DNA of 63,480 nt, the filler included, from Octopus bimaculoides (lineage: Eukaryota), in NCBI RefSeq assembly GCF_001194135.2. It is 7 parts of 5 records of this genome, joined end to end, with 100 filler letters (N's around TTAATTAATTAA, not from the genome) between each part and the next. Parts side by side here need not be neighbours in the genome. Positions count along the whole stretch, not along the records: positions 28,996 to 45,784 come from NC_068990.1; positions 45,885 to 50,761 come from NC_068999.1; positions 50,862 to 54,285 come from NC_068990.1; 4 more parts are not named here. One strand, given 5' to 3'. The notes under the pieces were generated by a model, which was not told the origin of the DNA, did no database searches, and worked only from the letters and a program-made list of their open reading frames with translations. Shown piece after piece: positions 37,564-52,016 of the stretch (position 1 is the first letter of the stretch; the number at the start of each line of letters is the position of its first letter). The position numbers were made by a program, and so were the translations under genes.

Positions 37564-38663
37564 ATATTCATACATATATATTCATACATATATTACTAAA
37601 AGCATAGCATATAACAGCATCTTTTGTAATCTCCTATATTTCGTGAAGCATATGTCTGAATCTCATTGAAATTAAATGGTAAACTTCGCAAAAAAATTTA
37701 AAGTGAGTTTCTGTTTTCCTTAATTATCAAGCAGTTACTACCATACTTCAAATTATGATTAAACACTGTCAGGAAAACAACCATAATTATTAATTCGTTT
37801 TTCAACCTTGATTTATAAAATATATATCAACTCGTTGTTGCAGGTGTAATGTTTTATAACGTTGATATATGTATTAATGAAACATTATACAGGAAGTTGT
37901 TAGATCTCCAAACCTATGAGGACTAACCCCATTCAAATAAAGTTATTTCCCAGTTATTAGCATAAGAAGGGATGCCATAACATTGTATAAATAGTTCAAG
38001 GCAATGTGATATCTAGCCCAAATATGTTATGAATACCATCAACCATTCACACATCTGGATATATAAACAAACAAAATGCTTACGTATTTACTTTCAGAGT
38101 TTTCTTTCTTAAAGGAATCAGTGATATTTATTGATGCAAATATATTTTATTAAAAGATATATAAATCTTTCACGGTTTAATTTCCTGTTAATTCAGTGTG
38201 GAGAACAAGAGAGGAGAAAGGGATGAAGTAAAATAGCTCTTATTCTAGGGAAAAGGTCAGTGAGCATGAAACAGCCCACTACTCAACTAATTAGTCCTTA
38301 CCAGCTACATTTGTATTCTTAGCAAATGTACCAATCTCTGTATTCATCGTAATTGTCATGGATTTACATACATGAAAATATTCATAATCCTGTGAAGCGA
38401 ACTCGGGATTTACATATTGGATGAACTACAGTGGGATTGCTCACCATAAGTGATCCTAGGTGCTCCTTACTACTCAATGCGGTTAGCGTGATCTCGGATT
38501 ATAACTGAGTGTTCGTACGGTACCCGCCTGGATAATCAATCACTGTATATTCATCGAATATATGTGTGTGCGTGCGTGCGTGTGTGTTTATGTGTGTGTG
38601 TATGTGCATCTCTGTGTGTGTATATGTGTGTCTTTGTGTGCGTGTGTGTGTATGTGTGTGTGT

Positions 38664-38985
38664 GTGAAGGCGCGTGGTCTAGTGGTTAGGCTGTTGCACT
38701 CACGATCGCTGGGTTCGATTCTCTGATTGGGCAGCACGTTGTGTTCTTGAGCAAAACATTTCCTTTCGTGTTGCTTCAGTACTCCCTTTCGATTAGGGGC
38801 GAATGTTGGTCTGCTCACTGAGCCAGCGGGGTGGCGTCATTTGAAGGCCAAAACAATGCAAAAACACTTTGTGTGACCAGCGTTGTGTAGCAACTTCTGA
38901 TAGCCCAGTCGGTCATGTGATCAGGTGATGCATACATACATACATACATACATACATACATACATACATACATACATACATACAC
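38664..38985 (+). mobile_element. tRNA-derived SINE with (CATA)n tail
   Basis: gaaggcgcgtggtctagtggttagg...gggttcgattc head; distinct body; (cata)n at 38930-38982. Confidence 0.75.
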
Positions 38986-39400
38986 TGAAGATATCATTCA
39001 CATCATAAACAGTCGTCCGAATATGTCATCACGGTATTTATCTACCGATGAGACATAATGATGTAGTTAGGACACTGTATAATGAGATCCGTTGGAAGGA
39101 TGACCCCGAGAACAAAGAAATAAGAAGCCAAAGGGACTCATAACAAACAGGAGTACTGGCGGAATATCCCAGCGAAAACCTCAATAAAACGTATAAATTA
39201 TAGAATTTATAATGATTTGGGATAGAGAAGAGGAACTGTAAAATTGCGGAAATCAGCTGCCCAGCAGATGTTAACATAAGGCGGAAGAAAGAATATCTAT
39301 ACTGAACTATTGAGAAATCTACAGTTATTCTATCCAGATTACTAGTTCATATTTATATCGTAATTCTTGGAGCACTGGGATATGTAGCACACTACCTAAG

Positions 39401-39850
39401 TACAGGGTGAGACAGAGAGGACTGACGTTTTTGAAAAAATCACAAAATCATTAATTTTAAATGCAAACAAATTTTATTGATATCAATGTGTTCGTATTAA
39501 ATTAGCATTTGTCAAAATTAAGTGTGGAAGACAACATCCATCATGTGGCATCCGTTTTCATTGATGCATTTCATAAGGCATTCTTAGAAGTTGGCTTCCA
39601 CTCTTGCCCCCACTGGTTTCCTATTCCTTAGTGTACCTCGTGTACAAAGTGCATTCACCCAACATAAGATTGTGTTACAGAGGGAAAACAACCTGATTTC
39701 GGTGAATGTTGAAATGGCGCCGAAACTCACACTGAGCTGCTGTGACAAACTCGTCATTCTTCACATAACTGTTGCAGGCAAACACGCGATGCTCTATCGT
39801 CCACAGCGCCATGGCTTCACCTCAAAAGAAAAAAAAATGTGAAGACACCA
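39401..39850 (-). mobile_element. Tc1/mariner 3' end relic
   Basis: TA-CAGGGTG terminus at ~39400; minus translation ...NFxECLMKCINENGCHMMDVVF, a typical mariner-like C-terminus. Confidence 0.6.
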
Positions 39851-40234
39851 TAGACTGAATGGTACCTGTCCGGCATATGTCCCTCCCCTAGGGCTGAGTA
39901 ATAATCATTTCAAAAAACATCCGTCCTCTTTGCCCCACCCTATACCAATCTTGAGAAGTTAGACTTCTCAAAACCAGAATGGAGAAAGCTGATTTGAAGA
40001 CTACAGATTCGAGCTATCACTGGAACTGCAAAAATCTGTAAAACTTCCCAGAAGTTTAGCATTTAAGTATATATGAGCATGTCTAGATATGTACCAATAT
40101 GCATGAGAATACATACATAAAACAACACATGCAAATCTTCACGTATACACACACACACACACACACACGCACACACGCACACACGCACACACACACACAC
40201 ACATACACATAAATATATATATACATACACACAC

Positions 40235-40385
40235 ACAATGGGTCTCTTTTAGCTTCCGTCTTCCAAATCCACTCGCAAGGTTGTGGTCGGCTCAGAGCTG
40301 TAGTAGAAGACGCATTTGTCAAAAGTACCACGCCGTGGGACTGAATCCGGAACCATATGTTTGGGAAGTAAATTTCTTATCACTA
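40235..40385 (-). mobile_element. SINE family A, diverged
   Basis: Homologous to 36050-36215. Confidence 0.7.
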
Positions 40386-40659
40386 TCTTAATATATTATA
40401 TGCATCCATTCAAATATGTTCTAAACAGCAGACGTTTAACCTCCAGTCTCCAAATCATACAATATTTATCTTTAAATATGGTATGAAGTCTTCGATCCCT
40501 AAAAAGATGAGATGAACACGAATGGAAAGGTTTTGGATCATAAGTCTGCTCTATCGGGGCTGACCTGGGGTAAACAACAACTAACATTTGTTATTTTTAA
40601 ACAGAAGCCGCATCTCTCTCTATTGATACTGTATCCATTTTTTACCTTCGGTTACTGAG

Positions 40660-40855
40660 ATTGACCCTCATGACCCTTTAATGTTTAAGAAATCCTATTA
40701 TATTTCTGTAATTAAATATTATTAGGAATTGTAATAAAAAATCAGTTAAAATATTTTGTGTATTGTAGAAGTATAACCAATTTATTACACAAATTTTAAC
40801 TAAAAAATCTTACATGGACCCCAAAGGGTATTATGGACCCCAGTTGAGAACCACT
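40660..40855. mobile_element. hAT-like MITE, one intact end
   Basis: ...ggaccccagttgagaaccactg followed by atctaaat. Confidence 0.65.
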
Positions 40856-41611
40856 GATCTAAATAAAAGGGAAAACCATATTGAGTAAAATAAGGCTAAA
40901 TGAAATTCTTCTGAAAAGCAACAGGGAGTACACGTGGCAGGAAAGCCATTTTATTCCTGTTTACTAAATCAAGTGACAAGGAGCTAACAACAACAACAAC
41001 AACAGAAGTAACAATAAAAATTACAACCAACGGGAGACTTCATAATAATCTCACCAACGACAATTTTATCGCATAAAAAGAAAAAGAAAACAGGTTAAAT
41101 TTTGAAGAAATCCGTTCAGTGATTATTTGAAATGAGTAAGAAATACTGCTCTGCAAAATATCCTACAGCTATACATATTTCAGTCCAAACCGGCAAAAGC
41201 AGCAGGTTAATTTTACCTTACATTCTTAACACTGACTGGCACAAGTATTTTAGAAAACTAAAACCCAGAAGCAACGTGGTACAAATATTACACCGAATAT
41301 AAAACATGGGAAAAACACGAACTAAGTAGTAACACATTCGATGGAAAAACACGAACAAGAAGCAACGCATTCGATGATACTTTGTTAGTATTGAATTAGT
41401 TTACAATCAAACAGCAAGCAGTTGTGAATCATTATACTAAAAACATCGTCTGACTTTTGTCACTGATCGCTCCAATCCAACAAAGCAACTTAGTGTAGAC
41501 AAATTCCTTTCTCTTGCTTCAAACAGCGCGCTGCAGCGCTAGCTCCTCGCTAAACTATTAAATCCACTTCTCTCATCTCATAGCACGTTTCCTTACCTTT
41601 TTTTCTTTCGT

Positions 41612-41667
<56 letters not shown>

Positions 41668-42884
41668 NNNNNNNNNNCTCTTTTTTTTTTTTTTTTTGGA
41701 AACATGCTAGTATAAATCATGTATTTATCGCGGTCGAAACATTGCCCATACTTTGCATCGAGATTCTCTTCTCAGTAATCACTAGTATGGTTTCTATGGT
41801 TATTTTGTGGTTATTTTGTTTTGAGAAAGTTGGTAATGAAAATATTGTTTATGATATCAATAAAGTTTCGGACTGTCTTCGTATGAGAATTTCTTTGGTG
41901 TCTCACCCATGTGATCCATCCATCTCCACTTTGACGACGCAGTTGTTTTCTATCAGTCTATACCGTTTACAGAAAGCCAAAATCCTTACTTCTGTAAGAA
42001 CAGAAATCTCGAAACGTTTCGAATAGTGATGTGATAATTGAGTCTTCTTCAAGAGCATCACATGCAATCGATACATATAACAGTATAACAGTTTTCCAAT
42101 ATATCTCCTTCCTACACATGAACATAGAGTTTAAACCTATATTTTTAGATTTCGTTCTTATCCTTGTAAATTTATTTCTCTCCATGACTAAACTTTCTCA
42201 AGAGTGGAGGGGAAAGTGAACCATCTTTTACAGACCTAAAATCTCGGATAATCTTTGATGGCATGATCATGTTGACGATATTGTAGAATATTCACTCCTA
42301 TGACTAGAGTTCCTCTTCAGAGCTAGGCAAAGCCTCGATCCTGATCAAGTGCTGACTCTCTAAAAAGGTCAAGTGCCATTTTGCATATGATGGGATGTTG
42401 TTGCTGCTAAGCACACACAAGCATTAGTGACAATAATCAAAAGGAAACCGTCACACTGATTGTCAAATATTCTTTCGAAACTTACGGATGAGATTTGTTT
42501 CCTCTCTTCCATCTCTGTCACTCATAAAATCTCTTCACTCGTCTTCATCAACCATATCAAACTCACAATATAAGAGGGTTTAGAAAAGTTATGGAAACTT
42601 TCCTATTCTTTCTGACTATCAAATAAGAAATGATTTTATGTTGGAGTTATGTATTTTCAAGAGTTAGTGGACACTCCACAGGCTTCTTCCATCAACTTTT
42701 GTTCAACGATAAGTGTTATGTGAGTTGCTTGTGGACAGTGATTACCAAGTATGACATCTGTATCAGTGTCACTTCTAAAATTTTGCTGATGACCAAGTTT
42801 TTAGGCATCATAGTGTTGTAGCAGTAGCCATAAAGTGATCTACTTGTTAAAAAATATCTCGGACGATATAAAATAAATATAGGT

Positions 42885-43035
42885 TTCAAATTTTGGCACA
42901 AGGCCAACGATTTCGGATGACGGGCTAAGTCGATTACATCGACTTCAGTGCTCAACTGATGCTTATTTTATCGATCCTGAAAGGATGAAAGGCAACGTCG
43001 ACTTCGGTAGAATTCAAACTCAGAACGTAAGCACC
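42885..43035 (-). mobile_element. SINE family B (head-truncated)
   Basis: ggtttcaaattttggcacaagg...gtcgattacatcgac...aaggatgaaaggcaacgtcgac. Confidence 0.75.
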
Positions 43036-43269
43036 TTAGATGTGAACGGAATTATAAAAAAAGACGAAGACAAAGTATTCAACATTTGAATGTATTGCAG
43101 ATATACATTCATACATAACAAACCTATGCGTCAATAAGAGAATCCTCTACGTGATTGTACGATCTTCTAGAAATACCAGCCAAGTCGCTATTATTTCAAA
43201 CTCTACTCTATCTCATTTTAATTTATTTTTAAAAGACATATTGGACATCATAATTTTGTATACATAAAA

Positions 43270-43425
43270 CAGCCTGTTTCATCATGGCGTACATCACGAC
43301 TTATGGTGAAACAGTGATAAAGCCTGCTTCAACATGACGTACATCAGGTCTTGTAGCGAAACGGTGACAAAAACAACCTGCCTCATCATAGTGCACTTAA
43401 GGACCTGCGGTTAAACGGGGCATAT
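43270..43425 (+). repeat. Three diverged ~50-55 bp tandem units
   Basis: agcctg[t/c]ttcatcatg.cgtacatca...aaac.gtga repeated. Confidence 0.6.
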
Positions 43426-43954
43426 ACACATACGAGATGGATTCTTCACTAAGTTAAACGATAGTACTTTGCTAGAGAGTGAGTCATCTTATTTTGTAAG
43501 CTTGCTCCCTCAATAAATATTAAGGTTATATGCACACATGTATGCATATATCTATGAATAAAATCATGTTATCATAGTTGAACGGTGGTTGACTAAACCA
43601 GCATCGACAACCAAGAGGGTCACTCTATTGAAAGCAACGCAAAAAAAGAAACGAAAAACAAAAACAAATGGACGGTCGCCTCATTAAGGCGAACCCTGCT
43701 GATTGTTCTTGGCAAACGCTGTAATATATGTTGTGTCTTTTGGATGTATTGGCCCAAATCTTTCTTTGGTCTACTCGGGTGAGAAAAGCCCCTTTACATG
43801 TGCAAGGACCATTAAAGCTAGATAAAATCGGTTTTGGCTAAAATTATCACCATATTTCATCTTATATATGTGCGTGCGTGTGTGTGTGTGCATGTATGCA
43901 TATGTGCGTGCGTGTGCATACATGTAGGCGTGTGTGTATATATGTATGTAAGAT

Positions 43955-44888
43955 GTTCAACTTCACTAGAATGCTCCTCGTGCCATTCAGTAACAACTTT
44001 AGCTGTGTGAAATGATGCATTATCATCTTGAAAGATTGCGTTTCCCTCCGGAAAAGGTTCTGCAACCATAGGATAAATTTGTTCAGATAAAATGTTTGAA
44101 TAGTCTTGACTATTAGTTCTGGCAAGAAGGGAAACCATTGGGCCGGTGGATTTCCAAGATATACCCACCTCACCCAGATCATCAAAGATTCTCCTCCATG
44201 TTTAACACTTGGAAGAAGGTAGTCTGGATCAAATGCTTCTTTTGGTTATCTCCACTCTTATACTCAGCCGGTGGTCGGCAATAAGGTAAAAGATGACTCG
44301 TCTGAGAAAACATTCTTCCACTGCCTGGAGACCAATTCGATTTAAATGTAGTGGTTTTCTGATTGCAGCCTACCCGTGAAATCCGGTTTTGTGCAGCTCC
44401 CGGCGAACAGTTTTTGTGGAAACTAGGTTCTCGAGGTGGTCATTAAGCTCTGCTCTAATTTTGAGAGCTGTACTTTTGTGATCCTTTCTAACAATTCGCT
44501 TAAGGGTCCGACGGTCTCGGTTTTCTTCTGGAGTTTTGTTTCGACGAGAAGGTTTTTTCCCTCTTTCTCAAAGGCTGTCATTATTTTCGAGACAGTACTT
44601 CTTGATACACCAAACATTTCGGCTGTTTTCGTAACTCTAGCGTCTGCCATACGAGCACCATCCATTTGACCTCTTTGAAAATCCGATAGAGTTGTCATTT
44701 TCATGAATTTTAATTACCTTTTTCTGATGATATCTGAAAAGAAACAGCAACTTTAGCAAAACATAATAAGCAACACTAATAATTAATTAAAAAACATAAA
44801 AAATAAAGAAGCTTTTGACGGTTTTATAAATATTTAAAAACTATAACGCTATGATACTAGGTATTTCCATTATTTTGTCCAAACCCTG
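43955..44888 (-). mobile_element. Tc1-like transposon, 3'-truncated, decayed
   Basis: TA-CAGGGTTTGGACAAAATAATGG terminus; MTTLSDFQRGQ...ARVTKTAEMFGVSRSTVSK (HTH); IFQDDNASFHTAKVVTEW (DDE). Confidence 0.85.
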
Positions 44889-45752
44889 TATATATAATAT
44901 AATATAATATAATATAATATAATATAATATAATATAAGACTATATACATACATTTATATGTATAATAACCAGTAATATTTAGTTCTAATAATCCTGTATG
45001 ATCTATGAAGCCTGTGCATGTATGTGTGAATGTATCTTGTGTGTATGTGTGTGTACGTGTGTATATGTATGCATTATATATATATATATGTAATGCATAC
45101 ATATAGACAAGTATGTATATATATATATATATATATACATAAACACACACACATAACAGAACAGCAAAGTCCTCCGCCCACCATTATATTTGCATATATA
45201 TCGACTGTGCCAATGTTTCAATGTGTTATAAGAATGAAAAGTAATTTTAAAAAATAATAATAAAACGACCTAAGACAAAATATTGTCGTTACCACCAGTT
45301 GTTATCGAAAGTTACCCATGCAATGAAAGATTGTCTAAAACAATGTGCTATACTTTGCATCATTAACACCGGTGTGATAGCTAAAGTTAGAGAAAAATGT
45401 TTCCAAAACAAACTGGATGTTATCAAATATATTCGACATTTGACTTTTCATTTCAAGTCAGTTTAAAAAAAACCTACTAAAAACAAACATTCCTACCTGA
45501 TGACTTATCTATATCAACACTTCAGAATATATGTGTGCGATATATATATATATATATCTATATATATATATATATATATATGTCCACAAATATACATATT
45601 CATGTACCATATATGCGCACATGTATACACTCACATAAACACAACCACTTACACATAACCACATACATAGCATTGATGTCTACGTATACGTACAAGTTCT
45701 GTTCGTGCATATACAAAATACATGCATATATGCATATATATGTATATGTATG

Positions 45753-45783
<31 letters not shown>

Positions 45784-46513
45784 ANNNNNNNNNNNNNNNN
45801 NNNNNNNNNNNNNNNNNNNNNNNNNNNNTTAATTAATTAANNNNNNNNNNNNNNNNNNNNNNNNNNNNNNNNNNNNNNNNNNNNTACATTAATCTTAATC
45901 TTATTTCGGCCAGAGTTCTTTCGTCACACTTCTGTGACCTCATCAGTGGTCCTTTGTTTCCTTCTTTCTTATGTGTGTCTCACCTTGCTAACTATCAGCC
46001 ATTTTGTATTTTGTATTCCTATTGTATGTGTCTACGCATGCGTGTCCTTCAATGTGTCTGTGTCTTTTGTAAGTGCATGTGTGTATGGGGAGTGTCTGTA
46101 TCACCTATATTCTCTGTTAATACGTGTTCGTTTGTATTTGTTTTTATTTATTTATTTGTTCATGTGTGTGTTTTTTTTTGTTTTTTTTTGTGTTTAATTA
46201 AATTTTGTTAACGTATATAGTATTTAATTCCATTTGTTTATCTATGTATTGTATTATACTTTGTTCATATTATTATTGGTTTATATATATATATCAATGT
46301 ATATGTACGTACATATAACCATATATGTATATATATATATATAATGTATGTATGTATATATGTGTGTGTGTGTGTGTGGGCGTTCAATCTATATTTCTGG
46401 ATGCATTCATGCAAGTGTTATTACGAATACAGGATTCTTTCTGGTTAAACGAAATTACTTCCTGTATATATGATGGGTGTGGAAACGGCAGTTGTGATGT
46501 TTCAAGGCATTAG

Positions 46514-46552
<39 letters not shown>

Positions 46553-46924
46553 NNNNNNNNNNNNNNNNNNNNNNNNNNNNNNNNNNNNNNNNNNNNNNNN
46601 NNNNNNNNNNNNNNNNNNNNNNNNNNNNNNNNNNNNNNNNNNNNNNNNNNNNNNNNNNNNNNNNNNNNNNNNNNNNNNNNNNNNNNNNNNNNNNNNNNNN
46701 NNNNNNNNNNNNNNNNNNNNNNNNNNNNNNNNNNNNNNNNNNNNNNNNNNNNNNNNNTATATATATGTATATATGTTTATATATATATAAACCGGAAGCG
46801 TTGGACGGGTCAATGACTTCCAATGTCAATTTGGAACTAGATTGAAAGATTCAGGATTCTTAGCAAATTTAACAGTTTACGTCTTACATAACAGTCATAG
46901 AAGTCTGGCTCATGTGGTACCGTG

Positions 46925-47221
46925 CCACCCATGCTAGCATAGAGCACGGACGTTGAATGATGATGATGATGATGATGATGATATATGATGAAGGCGGTGA
47001 GCTGGCAGATATGTTAGCATGCCGGGCGAAATGCTTAGCGGTATTTCGTCTGCCGTTACGTTCTGAGTTCAAATTCCGCCGAGGTCGACTCTTCCCTTCA
47101 TCCTATCGTTGTCAATAAATAAAGTACCAGTTGCGTACTGGAGTCGAGCTAATCGACTTAATTTCTTTGTCTGTCCTTGTGTATGCCTTGTATGTTTAGC
47201 CCCTTGTGGGTAATAAAGAAA
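46925..47221 (+). mobile_element. RTE tail (GAT)n followed by a SINE B unit plus dimer linker
   Basis: ccatgctagcat...gacgttgaatgatgatg then aaggcggtgagctggcag...gggtaataaagaaat. Confidence 0.8.
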
Positions 47222-47224
47222 TCT

Positions 47225-47301
<77 letters not shown>

Positions 47302-48119
47302 TGCATTTATGAATATTCTTCTATGCATAAATTATTGTATATGCGTACATATACATCCTTGTGTTATTGTACGTTCAAGCGCATAAATAATATACACATA
47401 TAAGGCTTCAAAATCCTTATTTCACTCATACATAGCCATACGTCTATATATATGCATATGTATGTGTGCGCGCGCACATGTGTGTATGTGTGTGTGTACA
47501 TATATATGAACATTTACACATGCGTGTCACTTTGTATCATCGTCTTATAAGTGTACAGACAAATATTCTTGTTTGTATGCGGACGAGTGCAGCCATGCAC
47601 ACATATCTCCATGTATCTATTTACATATTTCTTCTTATGAATATTTATTGAACACGTGTAATGTGTGTGTGTGTGCCAGCGTATGCATGTATGTACGTAT
47701 GTATAAATGTGCGTGTGTATATGTGCAAGCCAGTTCGGGGCACAGGCGTGTGTGTGTGTGTGTGTGTGTATGTGCTGGTGGTGTATGAACGCCTACCAAT
47801 ATATCAATTTATATGCCAGCTCAAACTTGTTTGTTCATTCATATGAACATATTAAAAGAAGAGTATGTTTTTATAATTATGTACGAATACACGTGTATAT
47901 ATTAACTTACAGTCAGCACTTTGGCTCCCCGCGTCTCTTCCGTGTCTTCAATGTTTCTGTGTGCAAACATCGGTTTCTGTACGTGTATGCATATACACAT
48001 ACGTACATACACACATATACACACATACACACACACATATATACACGTATATATGTATGTATGTGTGTATGTATGTATGTGTGTATGTATGTATGTATGC
48101 ATGTCTGTCGGTCTCTTTC

Positions 48120-48167
<48 letters not shown>

Positions 48168-50593
48168 NNNNNNNNNNNNNNNNNNNNNNNNNNNNNNNNN
48201 NNNNNNNNNNNNNNNNNNNNNNNNNNNNNNNNNNNNNNNNNNNNNNNNNNNNNNNNNNNNNNNNNNNNNNNNNNNNNNNNNNNNNNNNNNNNNNNNNNNN
48301 NNNNNNNNNNNNNNNNNNNNNNNNNNNNNNNNNNNNNNNNNNNNNNNNNNNNNNNNNNNNNNNNNNNNNNNNNNNNNNNNNNNNNNNNNNNNNNNNNNNN
48401 NNNNNNNNNNNNNNNNNNNNNNNNNNNNNNNNNNNNNNNNNNNNNNNNNNNNNNNNNNNNNNNNNNNNNNNNNNNNNNNNNNNNNNNNNNNNNNNNNNNN
48501 NNNNNNNNNNNNNNNNNNNNNNNNNNNNNNNNNNNNNNNNNNNNNNNNNNNNNNNNNNNNNNNNNNNNNNNNNNNNNNNNNNNNNNNNNNNNNNNNNNNN
48601 NNNNNNNNNNNNNNNNNNNNNNNNNNNNNNNNNNNNNNNNNNNNNNNNNNNNNNNNNNNNNNNNNNNNNNNNNNNNNNNNNNNNNNNNNNNNNNNNNNNN
48701 NNNNNNNNNNNNNNNNNNNNNNNNNNNNNNNNNNNNNNNNNNNNNNNNNNNNNATATATATATATATATATACATACACACGCAAACACGCAAACACGCA
48801 CACAAACACATGTATATATGTATGTATACACATGAGAGCTACATGTACCGTAATGTTCTAAGTATAAGTCTATCCGTCCATGAGAGTGTGCGTATACATC
48901 AAGGCACATCGGCTCCATTATATCTGTACAGTATGCATGTGTGTACGAGTGTGTATAAACTAACCGTACAGTAGGATGTCGAAACATATTTGTTGTGTTT
49001 CAGGAAACCGCGTTTCTCAAATGCATGTGAGCGCGTGCACGGATTTGTATATCTTTATGCACGCGCGTATGCCACGTTGGTAAGTGCACAAGACTACGCG
49101 TATATATTTGTATACATATAGATACACATTCATCCATATATAAGTATATATGAATATATATACATATATATATCTATATATGTATGTATGTATGTATATA
49201 TATNNNNNNNNNNNNNNNNNNNNNNNNNNNNNNNNNNNNNNNNNNNNNNNNNNNNNNNNNNNNNNNNNNNNNNNNNNNNNNNNNNNNNNNNNNNNNNNNN
49301 NNNNNNNNNNNNNNNNNNNNNNNNNNNNNNNNNNNNNNNNNNNNNNNNNNNNNNNNNNNNNNNNNNNNNNNNNNNNNNNNNNNNNNNNNNNNNNNNNNNN
49401 NNNNNNNNNNNNNNNNNNNNNNNNNNNNNNNNNNNNNNNNNNNNNNNNNNNNNNNNNNNNNNNNNNNNNNNNNNNNNNNNNNNNNNNNNNNNNNNNNNNN
49501 NNNNNNNNNNNNNNNNNNNNNNNNNNNNNNNNNNNNNNNNNNNNNNNNNNNNNNNNNNNNNNNNNNNNNNNNNNNNNNNNNNNNNNNNNNNNNNNNNNNN
49601 NNNNNNNNNNNNNNNNNNNNNNNNNNNNNNNNNNNNNNNNNNNNNNNNNNNNNNNNNNNNNNNNNNNNNNNNNNNNNNNNNNNNNNNNNNNNNNNNNNNN
49701 NNNNNNNNNNNNNNNNNNNNNNNNNNNNNNNNNNNNNNNNNNNNNNNNNNNNNNNNNNNNNNNNNNNNNNNNNNNNNNNNNNNNNNNNNNNNNNNNNNNN
49801 NNNNNNNNNNNNNNNNNNNNNNNNNNNNNNNNNNNNNNNNNNNNNNNNNNNNNNNNNNNNNNNNNNNNNNNATATATATATATATATATATAATGTATAT
49901 ATATAAACGTATATATGCATTTATTCAAATAGAAATACGTCTGTGCACGAACAGGAGTTTTTGCACTTGATATTGTGCACGTAGGTACGTGCATGTATGT
50001 GTGCGTGCATGTATGTGTGCGTGCGCATACGTAGCTTTTTGTCTCTGTGAGCATATTCGTCTGTGCGTGTGCGTGCGTGCGTGTGTGTTTATTGTGTATT
50101 GTGTATATGTCAGCGAGAAGGAATGTGTGTCTGACTGCTGTCTTCATCTCTTCCGGTTGCATGACGAAAGCAACTTCAGTTGAGGAGAGCGACTAAATTC
50201 TGGCATTCATGTCGAACAAAACTGCGTATCAATCAATTCGGTGATCAATAGCTCAGCCTTACATCAATTTGTCATGTCTATTTTTCTTGTCAATTTCTAT
50301 ATATCTGCCAACGCACGTCTATGCGTTCGTATGCACGCTCTTTGTGCGCATGCGTTCGCGGCTGTTCGCTTTTGTTTGTTTGTTTATTTCTTTCTTTATT
50401 TAGCAATCTTTTTTTTCTTTTTGGTTTATTTTGACATTGTTTTCTTCGTGGTTATTGTTGTTATAACGCATACATGCACACACTGATACACACCCACACA
50501 CACACACACATACAAACACACCTACACACGCACACACACACACGCGCGCACGTACTTGTGCATGTCTTCTACTCAAACATGTTGATAAAATAC

Positions 50594-50653
<60 letters not shown>

Positions 50654-50861
50654 GCGTGCACATTATCGTTTATCTTAGAACAACGATCCGAATATAAAAT
50701 AATATAACGCGTGCTTGCACATATATACATGTAAACGTATATATATATATATATATATATANNNNNNNNNNNNNNNNNNNNNNNNNNNNNNNNNNNNNNN
50801 NNNNNTTAATTAATTAANNNNNNNNNNNNNNNNNNNNNNNNNNNNNNNNNNNNNNNNNNNN

Positions 50862-50925
<64 letters not shown>

Positions 50926-51437
50926 GAAACAAGGCGGCACTCAACACATCTTGTAGAAGTTATATGCATTTTTTAATAACAGTTTGACTCAGCTCCACGT
51001 GACTTAAAGTTTCATGGGCGCATAGGACGCGTCCATCCCATCGGAAATCAGTAAATGGACGCTCCATACGCTCCCACGCGTATGGCGTTGATTGAGATTA
51101 TTTTTTTTTGTGTGTGTGTGTGTTTTTTTTTTACCTCTGTGTGTGTGTGAGTGTGAGTGTGTGTGTGTGTGTGTGCATGCGAGCGGGTGCGTGCTTGCGT
51201 GCATGCGTTTGTGTATGTGTATGCAGCATTACGTTGGTACCAATGTGCTAATAATTTTGGTGCCGGATTATCGTATTCAGCATGTTGCTATCTAACAACA
51301 GAATTAGAAACAATACAATCATATCTCACAGATTAATGCCGTATATACCAATATTTCTTATAGTATCAATTGTATATCAGCTATTATAATACGTTCGATA
51401 AAATGCCGCACTCCTCCCGCCAACTACCGAAGCCTCC

Positions 51438-51478
<41 letters not shown>

Positions 51479-52016
51479 CACCACCACCACCACCACCACC
51501 ACCATCATCACTATCATCATCATCATCATCATCATTATCATCATCATTATTATTAATGTTATTATAGGATTAACGATGCGCTTCTCTTGTTATTGTGGGG
51601 GATTATTACCATTAATGATATCATCGGATTTACTCTCTAATGCTGCCTCTGTTGTTGCTTTTGTAGACGCTGTTACTGCTGCTGCTGCTGCTGCTGTTGT
51701 TGTTCTTGCTGTAGTTGTTGTTGCTAATGTTGTTGTTATATGATATGCTTATGCATGCAGTTTGTTTAGTTTGTTTGTCCGTAATATTGCAGCGAGATTA
51801 TGCGACGTTTCAAAGATTGCTGCTAAGTTTTCATACTGTATCGACATTTGCTGTCCAGCAACAATAATTATCATCGATGATAGAATAGAAACGGATTAAT
51901 CGTAGCTTCTCTACTACCGTGTCCACGAAGTTATTATTATCACTAGATTAAAACGATAAACTCTTTTTCTTGTTGTTGTTGTTGCTGTTGCTATTATTGT
52001 TGATGTTGTTGTTGTT

